Assembly (NCBI GenBank): GCA_016176335.1
Contig: JACOXI010000005.1
Coordinates: 1 to 61,390 of the forward strand
Origin: Candidatus Daviesbacteria bacterium
GTDB taxonomy: Bacteria; Patescibacteriota; Microgenomatia; Daviesbacterales; UBA10151
DNA length: 61,390 nt
Reading direction: 5' to 3'
In this document: positions 47,135 through 56,683 of the stretch, one piece after another
How positions within the stretch are numbered: position 1 is the stretch's first letter
Layout of the letters: each line of letters begins with the position of its first letter
The notes under the pieces: model-generated
Databases searched by the model: none
Told to the model about the DNA's origin: nothing
The model's input: only the letters and a program-made list of their open reading frames with translations
Program-made: the position numbers and the translations under genes

Positions 47135-47974
47135 CTAAATCACCTTTCTTTCAAAATCCTTAACTGTGGCCTTCTCAATTTCCTCCTCTGCCACTGCCAC
47201 TTCCATCTTTACATCTTCCGGCAATTCCTCCTCCTGTGCTTTTTTCTCCGCTGCTTCCTTGTCCCGCGAAGCTTTAGCAGAGTAGGATTTTTTGCCCTCT
47301 TCATAAGCTTCTGCCACAGCCTCTGTTAACATTTTAATAGATTTTATGGCATCATCATTACCCGGAATCGGGTAATCAATTAATGTGGGGTCACAATTTG
47401 AGTCAGCTATAGCAACAACTTTTATACCCAGTTTTGCAGCCTCTTTAACAGCGATCTTATCAGATACCGCATCCACCACAAAAATGGCATCAGGCAATTC
47501 GTCCAAATCCAAAACCCCGCCCAAATCTTTTTGCAACTTGTCCATTCGCCGTTCTATCAATAATTGCTCTTTTTTGGTATATTTTGAAAGAGTGCCTTTT
47601 TCTTTTTGATCTTTAAACTCCTTTAGCTTCTTGATATTTTTCTTGACTTCCTCAAAATTAGTCAGAAAACCTCCTATCCATCGTTGTGTCAGAAAAGGGG
47701 CTTGAAGTTTTTTCGCCAGCTCTTCAACAATTCCTTGTGCCTGTTTTTTGGTACCTACAAAAAGTATAATCTTTCCCTCTTTGCCAAAATTATAAACAGC
47801 GCCAGTGGCTTCTGTAAGATATTTTTCCGATTGGGTCAAATCAATAATATGTACTCCCTCTCTGGCGCCATAAATATATGGTTTCATCCTGGGATGGCCA
47901 CGGCTAACCTGATGTCCAAAATGAACACCAGCTTCTAATAATTCCTGTAATGTTGGCAATTTATATGCTGACAT
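47135..47974 (-). CDS. rpsB: 30S ribosomal protein uS2
   Basis: LLEAGVHFGH, FVGTKKQA, RWIGGFLTNF, PIPGNDDAIKS. Confidence 0.98.
   Translation of the reverse strand: MSAYKLPTLQELLEAGVHFGHQVSRGHPRMKPYIYGAREGVHIIDLTQSEKYLTEATGAVYNFGKEGKIILFVGTKKQAQGIVEELAKKLQAPFLTQRWIGGFLTNFEEVKKNIKKLKEFKDQKEKGTLSKYTKKEQLLIERRMDKLQKDLGGVLDLDELPDAIFVVDAVSDKIAVKEAAKLGIKVVAIADSNCDPTLIDYPIPGNDDAIKSIKMLTEAVAEAYEEGKKSYSAKASRDKEAAEKKAQEEELPEDVKMEVAVAEEEIEKATVKDFERKVI
47258..47287. repeat. REP-like palindrome in frame in the rpsB tail
   Basis: CTTGTCCCGCGAAGCTTTAGCAGAGTAGGA, encoding SYSAKASRDK; related to 43863-43889. Confidence 0.65.
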
Positions 47975-48070
47975 AGTCTCTTATCCTCCCCGTAATGCTG
48001 TGGTCAGAGACTTAAAAAACTACGGGTGTGTAATTGAGGTTATTTTAACAACCAAAGCCCGATAAATCAA
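47975..48070 (-). promoter_or_regulatory. rpsB promoter and structured leader
   Basis: TTGATT-17-TAAAAT; ACACACCCGTA..TACGGGGAGG; AGTCTCT..AGAGACT. Confidence 0.65.
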
Positions 48071-48121
48071 GTCGTAGAAAGTTAGAGTGTATCAGCTTCT
48101 CCTTTGTTATATAATTTCCTC

Positions 48122-48586
48122 ATGCTAAAGCTAAGAAGGTATCAAGCCGCAGACAAACTCGTCATCTGGCGACTGCATAGACTGGCCATAGGAGATATTG
48201 ACCTAAACCCCCGTTACAAATATCCTTGGGAAAAGGATTTGGATGATATAGAAACTACCTACCTTGAGGGAGGTGATTTTTTAATAGGTGAAATCATGGG
48301 AAAAATTGTGGCCATGGGGGCTTTTAGAAAAATAAATAATGAAACAGCCGAGATAAAAAGAATGAGGGTTCATCCTGATTTTCAAAGAAGAGGATTTGGT
48401 CGAATAATCCTTGAAGAGCTTGAAACAAGAGCCAAAAAAATGGGATACAAGAAAATGGTAATGGATACCAGCGAGAAATGGATCCATGCTCAAAACTTTT
48501 ACATTAAAAACGGGTACAAAGAAACAGGCAGAAAAGTACTCCACAAAAGGTATCACGCCATTTATTACGAAAAAGATCTAAAATAA
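48122..48586 (+). CDS. GNAT acetyltransferase
   Basis: AEIKRMRVHPDFQRRGFG, FYIKNGY. Confidence 0.93.
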   Translation: MLKLRRYQAADKLVIWRLHRLAIGDIDLNPRYKYPWEKDLDDIETTYLEGGDFLIGEIMGKIVAMGAFRKINNETAEIKRMRVHPDFQRRGFGRIILEELETRAKKMGYKKMVMDTSEKWIHAQNFYIKNGYKETGRKVLHKRYHAIYYEKDLK

Positions 48587-48606
48587 AGGCTTTAAATTTT
48601 GGGCTG

Positions 48607-49092
48607 TTACATCTCAAAATCTAAAAATTTATACCTAAAACCTTCATGTTCCTGCCAATCTGATTCAAAAACCACCTTTTTAAAATCAGAATAATCCGGG
48701 AAAAAGACATCTCCTTCTATCTCTTTATCTATTTTAGTTAAATACAGCTTGTCAGCTAAAGGCAGGGCCTGTTTATAAATTTCTCCTCCGCCGATGACGA
48801 AAATCTCCTCGTCTCCGGGTTTACCTTGAGCAACGTTCAGACCTTCATCCAATGAATGAACAATAATACACCCCAATGCTCTGTAACCCGGTTCATGAGT
48901 GATCACAATATTTGTTCGACCTCCTAAAGCTTTGCCAATAGACTCATGGGTTTTTCTGCCCATAATGATAGGATGTCCCATGGTAATTTCTTTAAATCTT
49001 TTTAGCTCGGCCGGTATATACCAAGGAAGGCCTCCTTTTTTCCCAATGACTCTTTTCTTTCCTGCCACTGCTACAATGATGCTAATCTTCAT
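48607..49092 (-). CDS. folA: Dihydrofolate reductase
   Basis: LPWYIPAELKRFK, IIMGRKT, VIGGGEIY, GDVFFP. Confidence 0.97.
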   Translation of the reverse strand: MKISIIVAVAGKKRVIGKKGGLPWYIPAELKRFKEITMGHPIIMGRKTHESIGKALGGRTNIVITHEPGYRALGCIIVHSLDEGLNVAQGKPGDEEIFVIGGGEIYKQALPLADKLYLTKIDKEIEGDVFFPDYSDFKKVVFESDWQEHEGFRYKFLDFEM

Positions 49093-49097
49093 AGGTA

Positions 49098-49144
49098 AAT
49101 TTAGAATTTATAATTCATAATTTAATTCTGAATTCTAGATTCTC
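49098..49144. repeat. Heptamer array between thyA and folA
   Basis: TAATTCA TAATTTA ATTCTGA ATTCTAG ATTCT. Confidence 0.65.
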
Positions 49145-50122
49145 TCAAAAACCGCCTACCACTGTTACTTCTCCTTTAATTGGCGGGTAAGGATTGTATC
49201 CAACAAGTTCAAAATCTTCCAATTTAAAATCATCAATATTTTTAATTTTAGGATTAATTTTCATTTTCGGGAAAGGTCGAGGTGTCCTTTTAAGTTGTTC
49301 TTTAACAGCCTCAAAGTGGTTACTGTAAATATGAACATCGCCAAAAGTATGGACAAATTCGCCTGGTTTTAGCCCAACCACTTGAGCAAGCATCATGGTA
49401 AAAAGAGCATATGAGGCAATATTAAAAGGAACACCCAAGAAAGTGTCTGCTGACCGCTGATATAGCTGCAGAGATAATCTCCCTTTATTGACGTTAAACT
49501 GAAAAAGAGTATGGCAAGGAGGCAAAGCCATGGATTTTCCCTTTAAGGCCATCTCATAAATGAACTCCGGATTCCAGGCAGATACCACAATAGATTTTCT
49601 AAACGGCGTTGTTTTTAACTCGCTTATTGCCCAAGCCAGCTGGTCTATAACTCTGCCATCAGATGTTCTCCATCTCCTCCATTGCACTCCATACACATTG
49701 CCCAAATCCCCCCATTTTTTAACAAAAGGATCACTCTTTGGCAATTCCTTTATTTTCTGTATAAACTCTTCCTGTGTCATTAAGCTTTTCGCTTTTCGCT
49801 TTTCGCTTTTCGCCAGGACTACTCTGTAGCCCTTATAAGCCCATTCATCCCAAATGTGCACATCCTGATCAACCAGATACTTAATATTTGAATCTCCCTT
49901 TAAAAACCAAAGTAGCTCATGAATTATTCCTCTCAAAAAAACTTTTTTAGTAGTTAAAAGCGGAAAACCCACTGATAGATCAAACCTCATCTGTCTTCCG
50001 AAAACAGATTTGATATGTACCCCTGGATTATTGAATACTGGTTTATTAACCCCGTTTTTAAGGATATCTTGTAATAAATCTAAATATTGATACTCTTCAT
50101 GTCTAAACTTGTTGTTCGGCAT
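49145..50122 (-). CDS. thyA: Thymidylate synthase
   Basis: [45 protein letters not shown]. Confidence 0.98.
   Translation of the reverse strand: MPNNKFRHEEYQYLDLLQDILKNGVNKPVFNNPGVHIKSVFGRQMRFDLSVGFPLLTTKKVFLRGIIHELLWFLKGDSNIKYLVDQDVHIWDEWAYKGYRVVLAKSEKRKAKSLMTQEEFIQKIKELPKSDPFVKKWGDLGNVYGVQWRRWRTSDGRVIDQLAWAISELKTTPFRKSIVVSAWNPEFIYEMALKGKSMALPPCHTLFQFNVNKGRLSLQLYQRSADTFLGVPFNIASYALFTMMLAQVVGLKPGEFVHTFGDVHIYSNHFEAVKEQLKRTPRPFPKMKINPKIKNIDDFKLEDFELVGYNPYPPIKGEVTVVGGF
49784..49811. repeat. Perfect (GCTTTTC)x4 in frame in thyA
   Basis: Encodes [10 protein letters not shown]. Confidence 0.9.
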
Positions 50123-50687
50123 CTGTAGGACTTATTCTACCACCTTGATGCTGACCTCTGTAACTGACAGTTTGCCCTTCAATCTTAAAGAAAACTATGT
50201 TACAAATTCTAGCCCCCATTTGCAGCCTTACATCAAACTCACTCAAATTTTTTAATCCCATGGTAAGAGTTCCTTTGTATCCCGGATCGGTTTTAGAATT
50301 TAACAGCAAAAGTCCTGCTCTAAAAAGAGAGGTTCTGGGGAAAACTACCGGCATTAAATCCTTGGGCGTATTCAGCGACTCCACCGTGGATGCCAAATAA
50401 TACTCGCCTGATTTTATCACAACCCACTGCTGATTTCTTTTCCTCTTCTTAAATTCAGCCAGAACCTGTGTCTTCACACCCCTCCTTTTCCCTAGCACTA
50501 CTTGCCCTGAGCTTGTCGAAGGGTCCCCTTGTATAAATGCTCCACCTTGCACAATTTGATAAACAGCACCCAACCTCAAATCTATCCCTACACCTTCCGG
50601 ATTCTTAAGCTCTCTTTTGCCTAAATTTTTTACAAGAGAATGCTTTTTAATTCTTTTGTGAATTTCGTTAATACCAAGTACGCTCAT
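50103..50687 (-). CDS. dCTP deaminase/dUTPase-family protein
   Basis: [30 protein letters not shown]; start moved to MSVLG. Confidence 0.85.
   Translation of the reverse strand: MSVLGINEIHKRIKKHSLVKNLGKRELKNPEGVGIDLRLGAVYQIVQGGAFIQGDPSTSSGQVVLGKRRGVKTQVLAEFKKRKRNQQWVVIKSGEYYLASTVESLNTPKDLMPVVFPRTSLFRAGLLLLNSKTDPGYKGTLTMGLKNLSEFDVRLQMGARICNIVFFKIEGQTVSYRGQHQGGRISPTDAEQQV
50504..50523. repeat. REP-like palindrome in frame
   Basis: GCCCTGAGCTTGTCGAAGGG, encoding PSTSSGQ. Confidence 0.85.
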
Positions 50688-50694
50688 AAATATA

Positions 50695-50838
50695 AGTAGC
50701 GAAGTCAGCAGCGGCCAAAAAATGTTGAGGATTTTGTGCAATAGTACTCAATGTCTTTGAATATCTAAATCACAAAATTCTCACCAAGCGAGTAAGTTCC
50801 TACCGTGCGAGCGATTTTTTGCGCGCTGACGAGCTACT
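50695..50838. other. Structured 144-nt element, copy B
   Basis: AGTAGC/GCTACT, GTCAGC/GCTGAC, A6/T6 and GAGGATTTTGTG/CACAAAATTCTC arms. Confidence 0.7.
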
Positions 50839-51477
50839 TCTCTTCCCCGTTATATTTGATACTTCAGGCATATTACTACCCCCATATCTGTTATTAGGAG
50901 AATTTTTGTATGAACGGGACACAGGCGCTGCTAACTTTTCAAAAGAAAATGCACAAATTGGAGCTCCCTCATAAATCACCACTCTTTTACCTTTTAAAAA
51001 AGTGCCAAATTCCAAAACAGGATGACCATTCCAACCAGGGTCAAATCTGGCTGCTGTGGAATGAACCGCAATTCCCAAGCGGGCCAACGAACTTTTTCCA
51101 TGCAAATGTCCCACAATGTTATCCGGCAAAGTCAATTTTTCTTTGGTGGTGGCAATCACAAAATCTTTATCCGACAAAACAAAAGGCTGGCCCGGCTTTA
51201 GTTCAATCAGCTTCATCATAGATTCCATTTCTTGTTTGGTTGTATGCTTGGTGTCAATAATATCCCAGCCGTCACCAGTGAATACTCGAAGTTTATTTCC
51301 CAGATGAAAATCAATTGTCACCTCATCAACTGATTCTTCCCAGTTGTTAGGAAGAGGGTCAATTTTTATAATACCTTTTTTAATATAATCTTTGATAACC
51401 CAATCAGGCAAAGTTCCAACAATATCATGGACAGAAGATTTTTTTGAAGACTTGTTCTTTGGCATACTCTTTCTCAA
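50800..51477 (-). CDS. dcd: dCTP deaminase
   Basis: IDFHLGN, GKSSLARLGI, DPGWNG, ICAFSFE. Confidence 0.88.
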   Translation of the reverse strand: MRKSMPKNKSSKKSSVHDIVGTLPDWVIKDYIKKGIIKIDPLPNNWEESVDEVTIDFHLGNKLRVFTGDGWDIIDTKHTTKQEMESMMKLIELKPGQPFVLSDKDFVIATTKEKLTLPDNIVGHLHGKSSLARLGIAVHSTAARFDPGWNGHPVLEFGTFLKGKRVVIYEGAPICAFSFEKLAAPVSRSYKNSPNNRYGGSNMPEVSNITGKRSSSSARKKSLAR

Positions 51478-51544
51478 AGGCTAGTTTAGCTTAAAGTTCG
51501 GAAAAATCCAAGGTGGCAAAATAAGTAGAGCTTGCTTCGCTCGC

Positions 51545-52789
51545 TTAAAAATTAAGCGTCGCGAAGTAGTCATCAACTGTTTCTGCACGGCGAATCATTT
51601 CCACTGTACCATCAACTTTTAACAAAAGTTCAGCTGAACGCAGTTTCCCATTATAGTTAAACCCCATGGCATAACCGTGTGCACCTGTATCATGAATCAC
51701 AATAATATCGCCGATCTCTATTTTGGGTAGTTCTCTATCAACTGCAAACTTATCATTGTTCTCACACAAAGATCCTACCACATCATAAGTATGATTTTTA
51801 GGAGATTTTTCTTTCCCTAAAATAGTCTCATGATGATAAGCCCCGTACATCCCAGGTCTCATTAAATTGGCCATACAAGCATCCACCCCGATGTAGTCTT
51901 TATAGGTGTGTTTTTCATGAATTGTTGTTGTCACCAAATATCCGAAAGGTCCTGTTATCATCCTGCCACATTCATAGAATATCTTTAAGGGGTCTAGGTG
52001 ATTTTTAACAATTTTTTGCTCATATAATTTTTTAACCCTTTTGGCAAGCTTCTCTAAATTAACTTCTTCTTGCTCTACTTTGTAAGGAATTCCAATCCCT
52101 CCACCCAAATTTACAAACTCCAGTTTTATTCCCAGTTTTTCATAAACCTCAACTGTTAGATCAAAAAGCATGGCTGCAGTTTCTGCCAAAGCTTTTATGT
52201 CCAGCTCGTTTGAAACAACCATGGTGTGCAACCCAAACCTTTTTACACCTTTAGCTTTCATAATTTTGTATCCCTCAAAAAGCTGATTTTTGGTCATCCC
52301 ATACTTTGCTTCTTCAGGCTTTCCAATAATGGTATTTACTCCGCTTTTTCTTAAAGGTCCTGGGTTGTACCTAAAACAGATAATGTCAGGAGTATCAAGA
52401 GATTCCAGCATCTCAATGTGGGTAATATCATCCAAATTTATTATGGCTCCCAAACTTTTGGCTTTTTTAAACTCTTTTTGCGGAGTATCATTCGAGGAAA
52501 ACATGATATTTTCTCCCAAAATCCCAACTGTTTCTGCCATCATCAGCTCCGGCAAAGAGCTGCAATCCGTACCCATTCCCTCTTTTTTTAGAATTTTTAA
52601 AATATAAGGGTTAGGGCAAGCCTTGACAGCAAAATAGTTTTTAAAATTTGGCGCCCAGGAAAATGCTTGATAGAATCTTTTGGCATTTTCCCTTATTCTT
52701 TTTTCATCATAAATATGAAAAGGTGTGGGATATTTTTTAATTATTTTTTCAATTTGCTGTTTATTAAATGGTAATTTTTTTGTGCTCAT
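51545..52789 (-). CDS. lysA: Diaminopimelate decarboxylase
   Basis: YFAVKACPN, NLGGGIG, ECGR, GSLCENND, GAHGYAMGFNYN. Confidence 0.95.
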   Translation of the reverse strand: MSTKKLPFNKQQIEKIIKKYPTPFHIYDEKRIRENAKRFYQAFSWAPNFKNYFAVKACPNPYILKILKKEGMGTDCSSLPELMMAETVGILGENIMFSSNDTPQKEFKKAKSLGAIINLDDITHIEMLESLDTPDIICFRYNPGPLRKSGVNTIIGKPEEAKYGMTKNQLFEGYKIMKAKGVKRFGLHTMVVSNELDIKALAETAAMLFDLTVEVYEKLGIKLEFVNLGGGIGIPYKVEQEEVNLEKLAKRVKKLYEQKIVKNHLDPLKIFYECGRMITGPFGYLVTTTIHEKHTYKDYIGVDACMANLMRPGMYGAYHHETILGKEKSPKNHTYDVVGSLCENNDKFAVDRELPKIEIGDIIVIHDTGAHGYAMGFNYNGKLRSAELLLKVDGTVEMIRRAETVDDYFATLNF

Positions 52790-54006
52790 AAATTTAAATT
52801 CTCTTTAATGCTTATCATGGCTTTTCTAACATTCTCTCTGTGTCCAAATGCAGACAACCTTAAGTATCCTTCTCCCATTTGACCAAAGCCTGAACCCGGA
52901 GTGCCAACTACATGAGCTTTTTTAAGCAGCTTATCAAAAAATTCCCAAGAGGAAAGCCCTTCGGGACATTTAACCCAAAGATAAGGAGCATTTTCTCCCC
53001 CAAAAACCGTCAGACCCATATCCTTCAAACCTCGTTTAATAATCGCGGCGTTCTCCATGTAATAATTAACCTGTTTTCGCGTCTGTTTTTGTCCTTCCGC
53101 AGAAAGAATTGCCAACCCCCCTTCCTGGGCAATATTGGAGGCCCCATTAAACATAGTGGTTTGTCTTCTATGCCAAAACTGGTTTATCTCACCAGGCTGA
53201 CTCCCTTCCACAATTAAATCTTTTGGCACCACTGTCCACCCTAACCTTACTCCTGTAAAACCTGCACTTTTAGAAAAACTTTGCAGCTCTATTGCACAAC
53301 TTTTCGCCCCCTTGATTTCGTAAATACTTGTTGGTAAATTTTTATCCTTTATATACTCGGAGTAAGCTGCATCAAAAATAATAACAGCTCGGTTTCCAGT
53401 AGCATAATCCACAAACTCCTTAAGCTGTTTTTTTGTTGCCACTGCTCCTGTTGGATTATTAGGAAAACACAAAAAGATTAAATCAACTTTTTGTTTTGGG
53501 AGAGTTGGGATAAAACCATTTTTTTCATCAGCCGATAAGTAGACTATCTTCTTTCCAGCAATCACATTTGAATCCAAATAAACAGGGTAAACAGGATCAG
53601 TAATGGCGACCACACTATCAGGACTAAAGATAGAAGAAATGTTAGCGGCATCCGGTTTGGCCCCATCAGATATAAATATCTCATCAGCTAAAAGATTAAT
53701 TCCTCTTTTTTTACCAGCGCCAGCTGGCAAGCTGTGCTTATACCAGTCGGATAAAGCCTGTCTTAACCTGCTATCGCCTTGTTCGTCACCATATCCTGTG
53801 TAACTATCTAATTTGGCTAACTTTTTAACACCGTTTATCAATCCGTCAATAACAGATGGAGCTAAAGGCTCGGTGGTATTACCTATCCCCAATTTTAAAA
53901 TTTCAACTTTTGGATTTTTTTCTAAAAATGCCTCTGTTCTTTTGGCAATTTCGGAAAACAAATAACTTTTGGGCAGTTTTCGATAATTGGAATTAATTTT
54001 TGCCAT
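52786..54006 (-). CDS. dapL: LL-diaminopimelate aminotransferase
   Basis: SYLFSEIAKR, LGIGNTT, ISDGAK, PNNPTG, SFSKSAGFTGVR. Confidence 0.93.
   Translation of the reverse strand: MAKINSNYRKLPKSYLFSEIAKRTEAFLEKNPKVEILKLGIGNTTEPLAPSVIDGLINGVKKLAKLDSYTGYGDEQGDSRLRQALSDWYKHSLPAGAGKKRGINLLADEIFISDGAKPDAANISSIFSPDSVVAITDPVYPVYLDSNVIAGKKIVYLSADEKNGFIPTLPKQKVDLIFLCFPNNPTGAVATKKQLKEFVDYATGNRAVIIFDAAYSEYIKDKNLPTSIYEIKGAKSCAIELQSFSKSAGFTGVRLGWTVVPKDLIVEGSQPGEINQFWHRRQTTMFNGASNIAQEGGLAILSAEGQKQTRKQVNYYMENAAIIKRGLKDMGLTVFGGENAPYLWVKCPEGLSSWEFFDKLLKKAHVVGTPGSGFGQMGEGYLRLSAFGHRENVRKAMISIKENLNL
53714..53733. repeat. Small palindromic insert in frame in dapL
   Basis: GCCAGCTGGC core, encoding SLPAGAG between DWYK and KRGIN. 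Confidence 0.5.
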
Positions 54007-55057
54007 CTAAGTATCCTTTTGCTTTCAAAAGTTCAGCTGTCAAAATCGCTCCTCCGGCTGCACCCCTTATAGTATTGTGTGACAGTCCTACAAATTTATA
54101 ATCCAAAATAGTGTCTTCTCTTAATCTTCCTACACTAATTCCCATACCGTTTCCCAAATCTCTGTCCAATCTGGTCTGCGGTCTGTCTTCCTCTTCAAAA
54201 TAAGTAATAAAATGTTTCGGTGAAGAGGGTAATTTTAAAGACTTTAAGGGATTAAAGTTTTTCCAGCCATTTTTAATTTGAGAGGGGGTTGGTTTTTTTG
54301 TGAATGATACTGCCACTGATGCCATATGGCCATCTTCAAGCGGAACCCTAATACAAGTCGCTGTAATTTTTATTCCCTTTGCTTCATTACCCCAGATTTT
54401 TAAAGGTTCCTTTTCACTTTTTTCTTCTTCTCCGCCTATAAACGGAATGACATTTTCCTGCATTTGGGGCCACCCTTCTAAAGTTTTCCCAGCCCCGGAT
54501 ACTGCTTGAAGAGTGGTTACCATGACCTTTTTTGGTTGAAACGTCAAAAGTGGAGTAATTAAGGGCACGTATGATTGAATAGAACAATTGGGTTTAACTA
54601 CTACAAATCCATTTTCCCAACCATGATTTTTTTGTTGGACTTTAATCAGTTGCAGATGATCAGGATTAATCTCCGGTATGATCATGGGCACATCAGGAGT
54701 CCAGCGGTGAGCCGAATTGTTGGAAACAACCACCACACCATGACTGGCAAACTCATTTTCAATCTTGCGGATTTTGTCCTTGTCCATATCAAGGGCAGAA
54801 AAGACCAATGATACTTGCTTTGCAATTTGATCCATATCCTCTTCCGCAGCAAGGACTTTCATATTGGCAATATTTTTTGGAATGGGTTCATCCATTACCC
54901 ACCTATCACCTACTGCATCTTTATATTTTTTACCGGCGGACTTGGGGGAGGCGGCCACACAAACTACTTCAAACCAAGGGTGGTCTTTCAAAAGGGTTAT
55001 AAATCTTTGGCCCACCATTCCAGTAGCGCCTAATATGCCGACTGGTATTTTTTTCAT
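53993..55057 (-). CDS. asd: Aspartate-semialdehyde dehydrogenase
   Basis: LGATGMVGQ, KPNCS, QAVSGAG, HNTIRGAAG. Confidence 0.97.
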   Translation of the reverse strand: MKKIPVGILGATGMVGQRFITLLKDHPWFEVVCVAASPKSAGKKYKDAVGDRWVMDEPIPKNIANMKVLAAEEDMDQIAKQVSLVFSALDMDKDKIRKIENEFASHGVVVVSNNSAHRWTPDVPMIIPEINPDHLQLIKVQQKNHGWENGFVVVKPNCSIQSYVPLITPLLTFQPKKVMVTTLQAVSGAGKTLEGWPQMQENVIPFIGGEEEKSEKEPLKIWGNEAKGIKITATCIRVPLEDGHMASVAVSFTKKPTPSQIKNGWKNFNPLKSLKLPSSPKHFITYFEEEDRPQTRLDRDLGNGMGISVGRLREDTILDYKFVGLSHNTIRGAAGGAILTAELLKAKGYLDGKN

Positions 55058-55941
55058 ATCAGCTGGTGGGATTTTAGAACTGCTTTTAAGCTCTCCTTAT
55101 TCTTTTCCTCCATACCTACTAAAGGCAATCTGAAAACTTCTTTGATTTTTCCCATCAAAGCCAGCGCGGTTTTAACCGGAATTGGGTTTGATTCAATAAA
55201 GTTAATATTCATCAAATCCAACCACTCATAATGCAATTTTCTGGCCTTTGCAAAATCCCCGTTCAGACAAGCTGCCGTCAAATCAGACATGGCCTTTGGA
55301 ACCTCGTTAGAAGCAACAGAAATAATGCCAACACCACCCACTGCCATCAAAGGCAAAGTAAAAGCATCATCTCCTGACAGAACTGAAAAAGATGAGGATA
55401 CACCTTTAACAATTTCCATCATCTGGGTAATATTGCCTGAAGCCTCTTTCACCCCCACAACAGATGGCACTTCTTTAGAAATTTTAATTGTTGTGGCAGC
55501 CGACACATTAGAACCGGTTCTGCCTGGCACATTATATAAAATGATTGGCAAATCTACTTCCTTTGCGATGGCTTTAAAGTGAGCCAAAAGCCCGGCAGGG
55601 GTAGGTTTATTATAGTAGGGAGTAACATGCAAAAGCGCATCTGCTCCACTCTTTTTGGCAATTTGGGAATAATGAATAGCTTTATGTGTATCGTTACTGC
55701 CAGCTCCGGCAATAATTGGTACTCTGCCCTTTGCTTCTTTAACTACTGTCTCAACCACTAATCTGTACTCATCCTGATCGAGGGTGGCAGCTTCCCCTGT
55801 GGTCCCACAAGGCACTATCCCGCTAATATGACCTTTAATTTGGAAACGCACCAAATTCTTTAAGCTTTCCACATCAACTTTGCCATCTGCCTGAAACGGT
55901 GTAACTAATGCTGTAATTGCTCCGCTAAATTTTTTACTCAA
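55054..55941 (-). CDS. dapA: 4-hydroxy-tetrahydrodipicolinate synthase
   Basis: GTTGE, PYYNKP, YNVPGRTG, GVKEASG, ESNPIPVK. Confidence 0.97.
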   Translation of the reverse strand: MSKKFSGAITALVTPFQADGKVDVESLKNLVRFQIKGHISGIVPCGTTGEAATLDQDEYRLVVETVVKEAKGRVPIIAGAGSNDTHKAIHYSQIAKKSGADALLHVTPYYNKPTPAGLLAHFKAIAKEVDLPIILYNVPGRTGSNVSAATTIKISKEVPSVVGVKEASGNITQMMEIVKGVSSSFSVLSGDDAFTLPLMAVGGVGIISVASNEVPKAMSDLTAACLNGDFAKARKLHYEWLDLMNINFIESNPIPVKTALALMGKIKEVFRLPLVGMEEKNKESLKAVLKSHQLI

Positions 55942-55944
55942 ATT

Positions 55945-56682
55945 TTATTTCACCCCCTCTACAAATACCTCATCAACTGAATGCCAGCCTTTTTTACCTT
56001 TGATATACTCTGCTGCCAGCACTGCTCCTTCTGCAAAACCTCTTCTTGAGTGAGCACTATGAGCAAGTTTGATCTCGTCAGCACTGCTGTCAAAAATAAT
56101 CTCATGGAAACCAAAATTTCTTCCAGCCCTAAGCGAGGCAAAGTGAAACTCATCATCTTTGATATGTCTATCTAATCTGCCAGTTTCGAGTACTTTCTTT
56201 TTGGGAAAATTTTCCATAATGATAGAGGCAAGTTTTTTAGCTGTTCCAGAAGGGCTATCTTTTTTGCCGGTATGATGAATCTCCAGTCCAGCTACATCAT
56301 AGTTACCAAATTTGGAAAAAAGTTTACTGGCAAATCCTACCACCTGGAAAAAGATGTTGGCACCTATGGAGAAATTCTGACCATAAATCAGGCCTCCTTT
56401 ATACTTTTTGACTAAAGTCTTTACCTTTGATAAATCATCGTACCAACCTGTTGTTCCCACCACCATGTTAGTACCAAGACGTAGAACTTCTTGTATGGTG
56501 CCCACCACTATTTCTGGCGAGGTAAAATCAATTGCCACATCAGCTTTTTTAATACCTTCTTTATCTAGCTTTTCTTTAGAGTTTTTGTAACTGATTGAGA
56601 CAACCTCGTGAGCAGTTGACTCACCAATCACTTCTTCAACCGCATGTCCCATTTTTCCGTAACCGATTAAAGCGATTTTCAT
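55945..56682 (-). CDS. dapB: 4-hydroxy-tetrahydrodipicolinate reductase
   Basis: IGYGKMG, DFTSP, VVGTTG, EIHHTGKKDSPSGTA; start moved to MKIALIG. Confidence 0.96.
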   Translation of the reverse strand: MKIALIGYGKMGHAVEEVIGESTAHEVVSISYKNSKEKLDKEGIKKADVAIDFTSPEIVVGTIQEVLRLGTNMVVGTTGWYDDLSKVKTLVKKYKGGLIYGQNFSIGANIFFQVVGFASKLFSKFGNYDVAGLEIHHTGKKDSPSGTAKKLASIIMENFPKKKVLETGRLDRHIKDDEFHFASLRAGRNFGFHEIIFDSSADEIKLAHSAHSRRGFAEGAVLAAEYIKGKKGWHSVDEVFVEGVK

Positions 56683-56683
56683 T

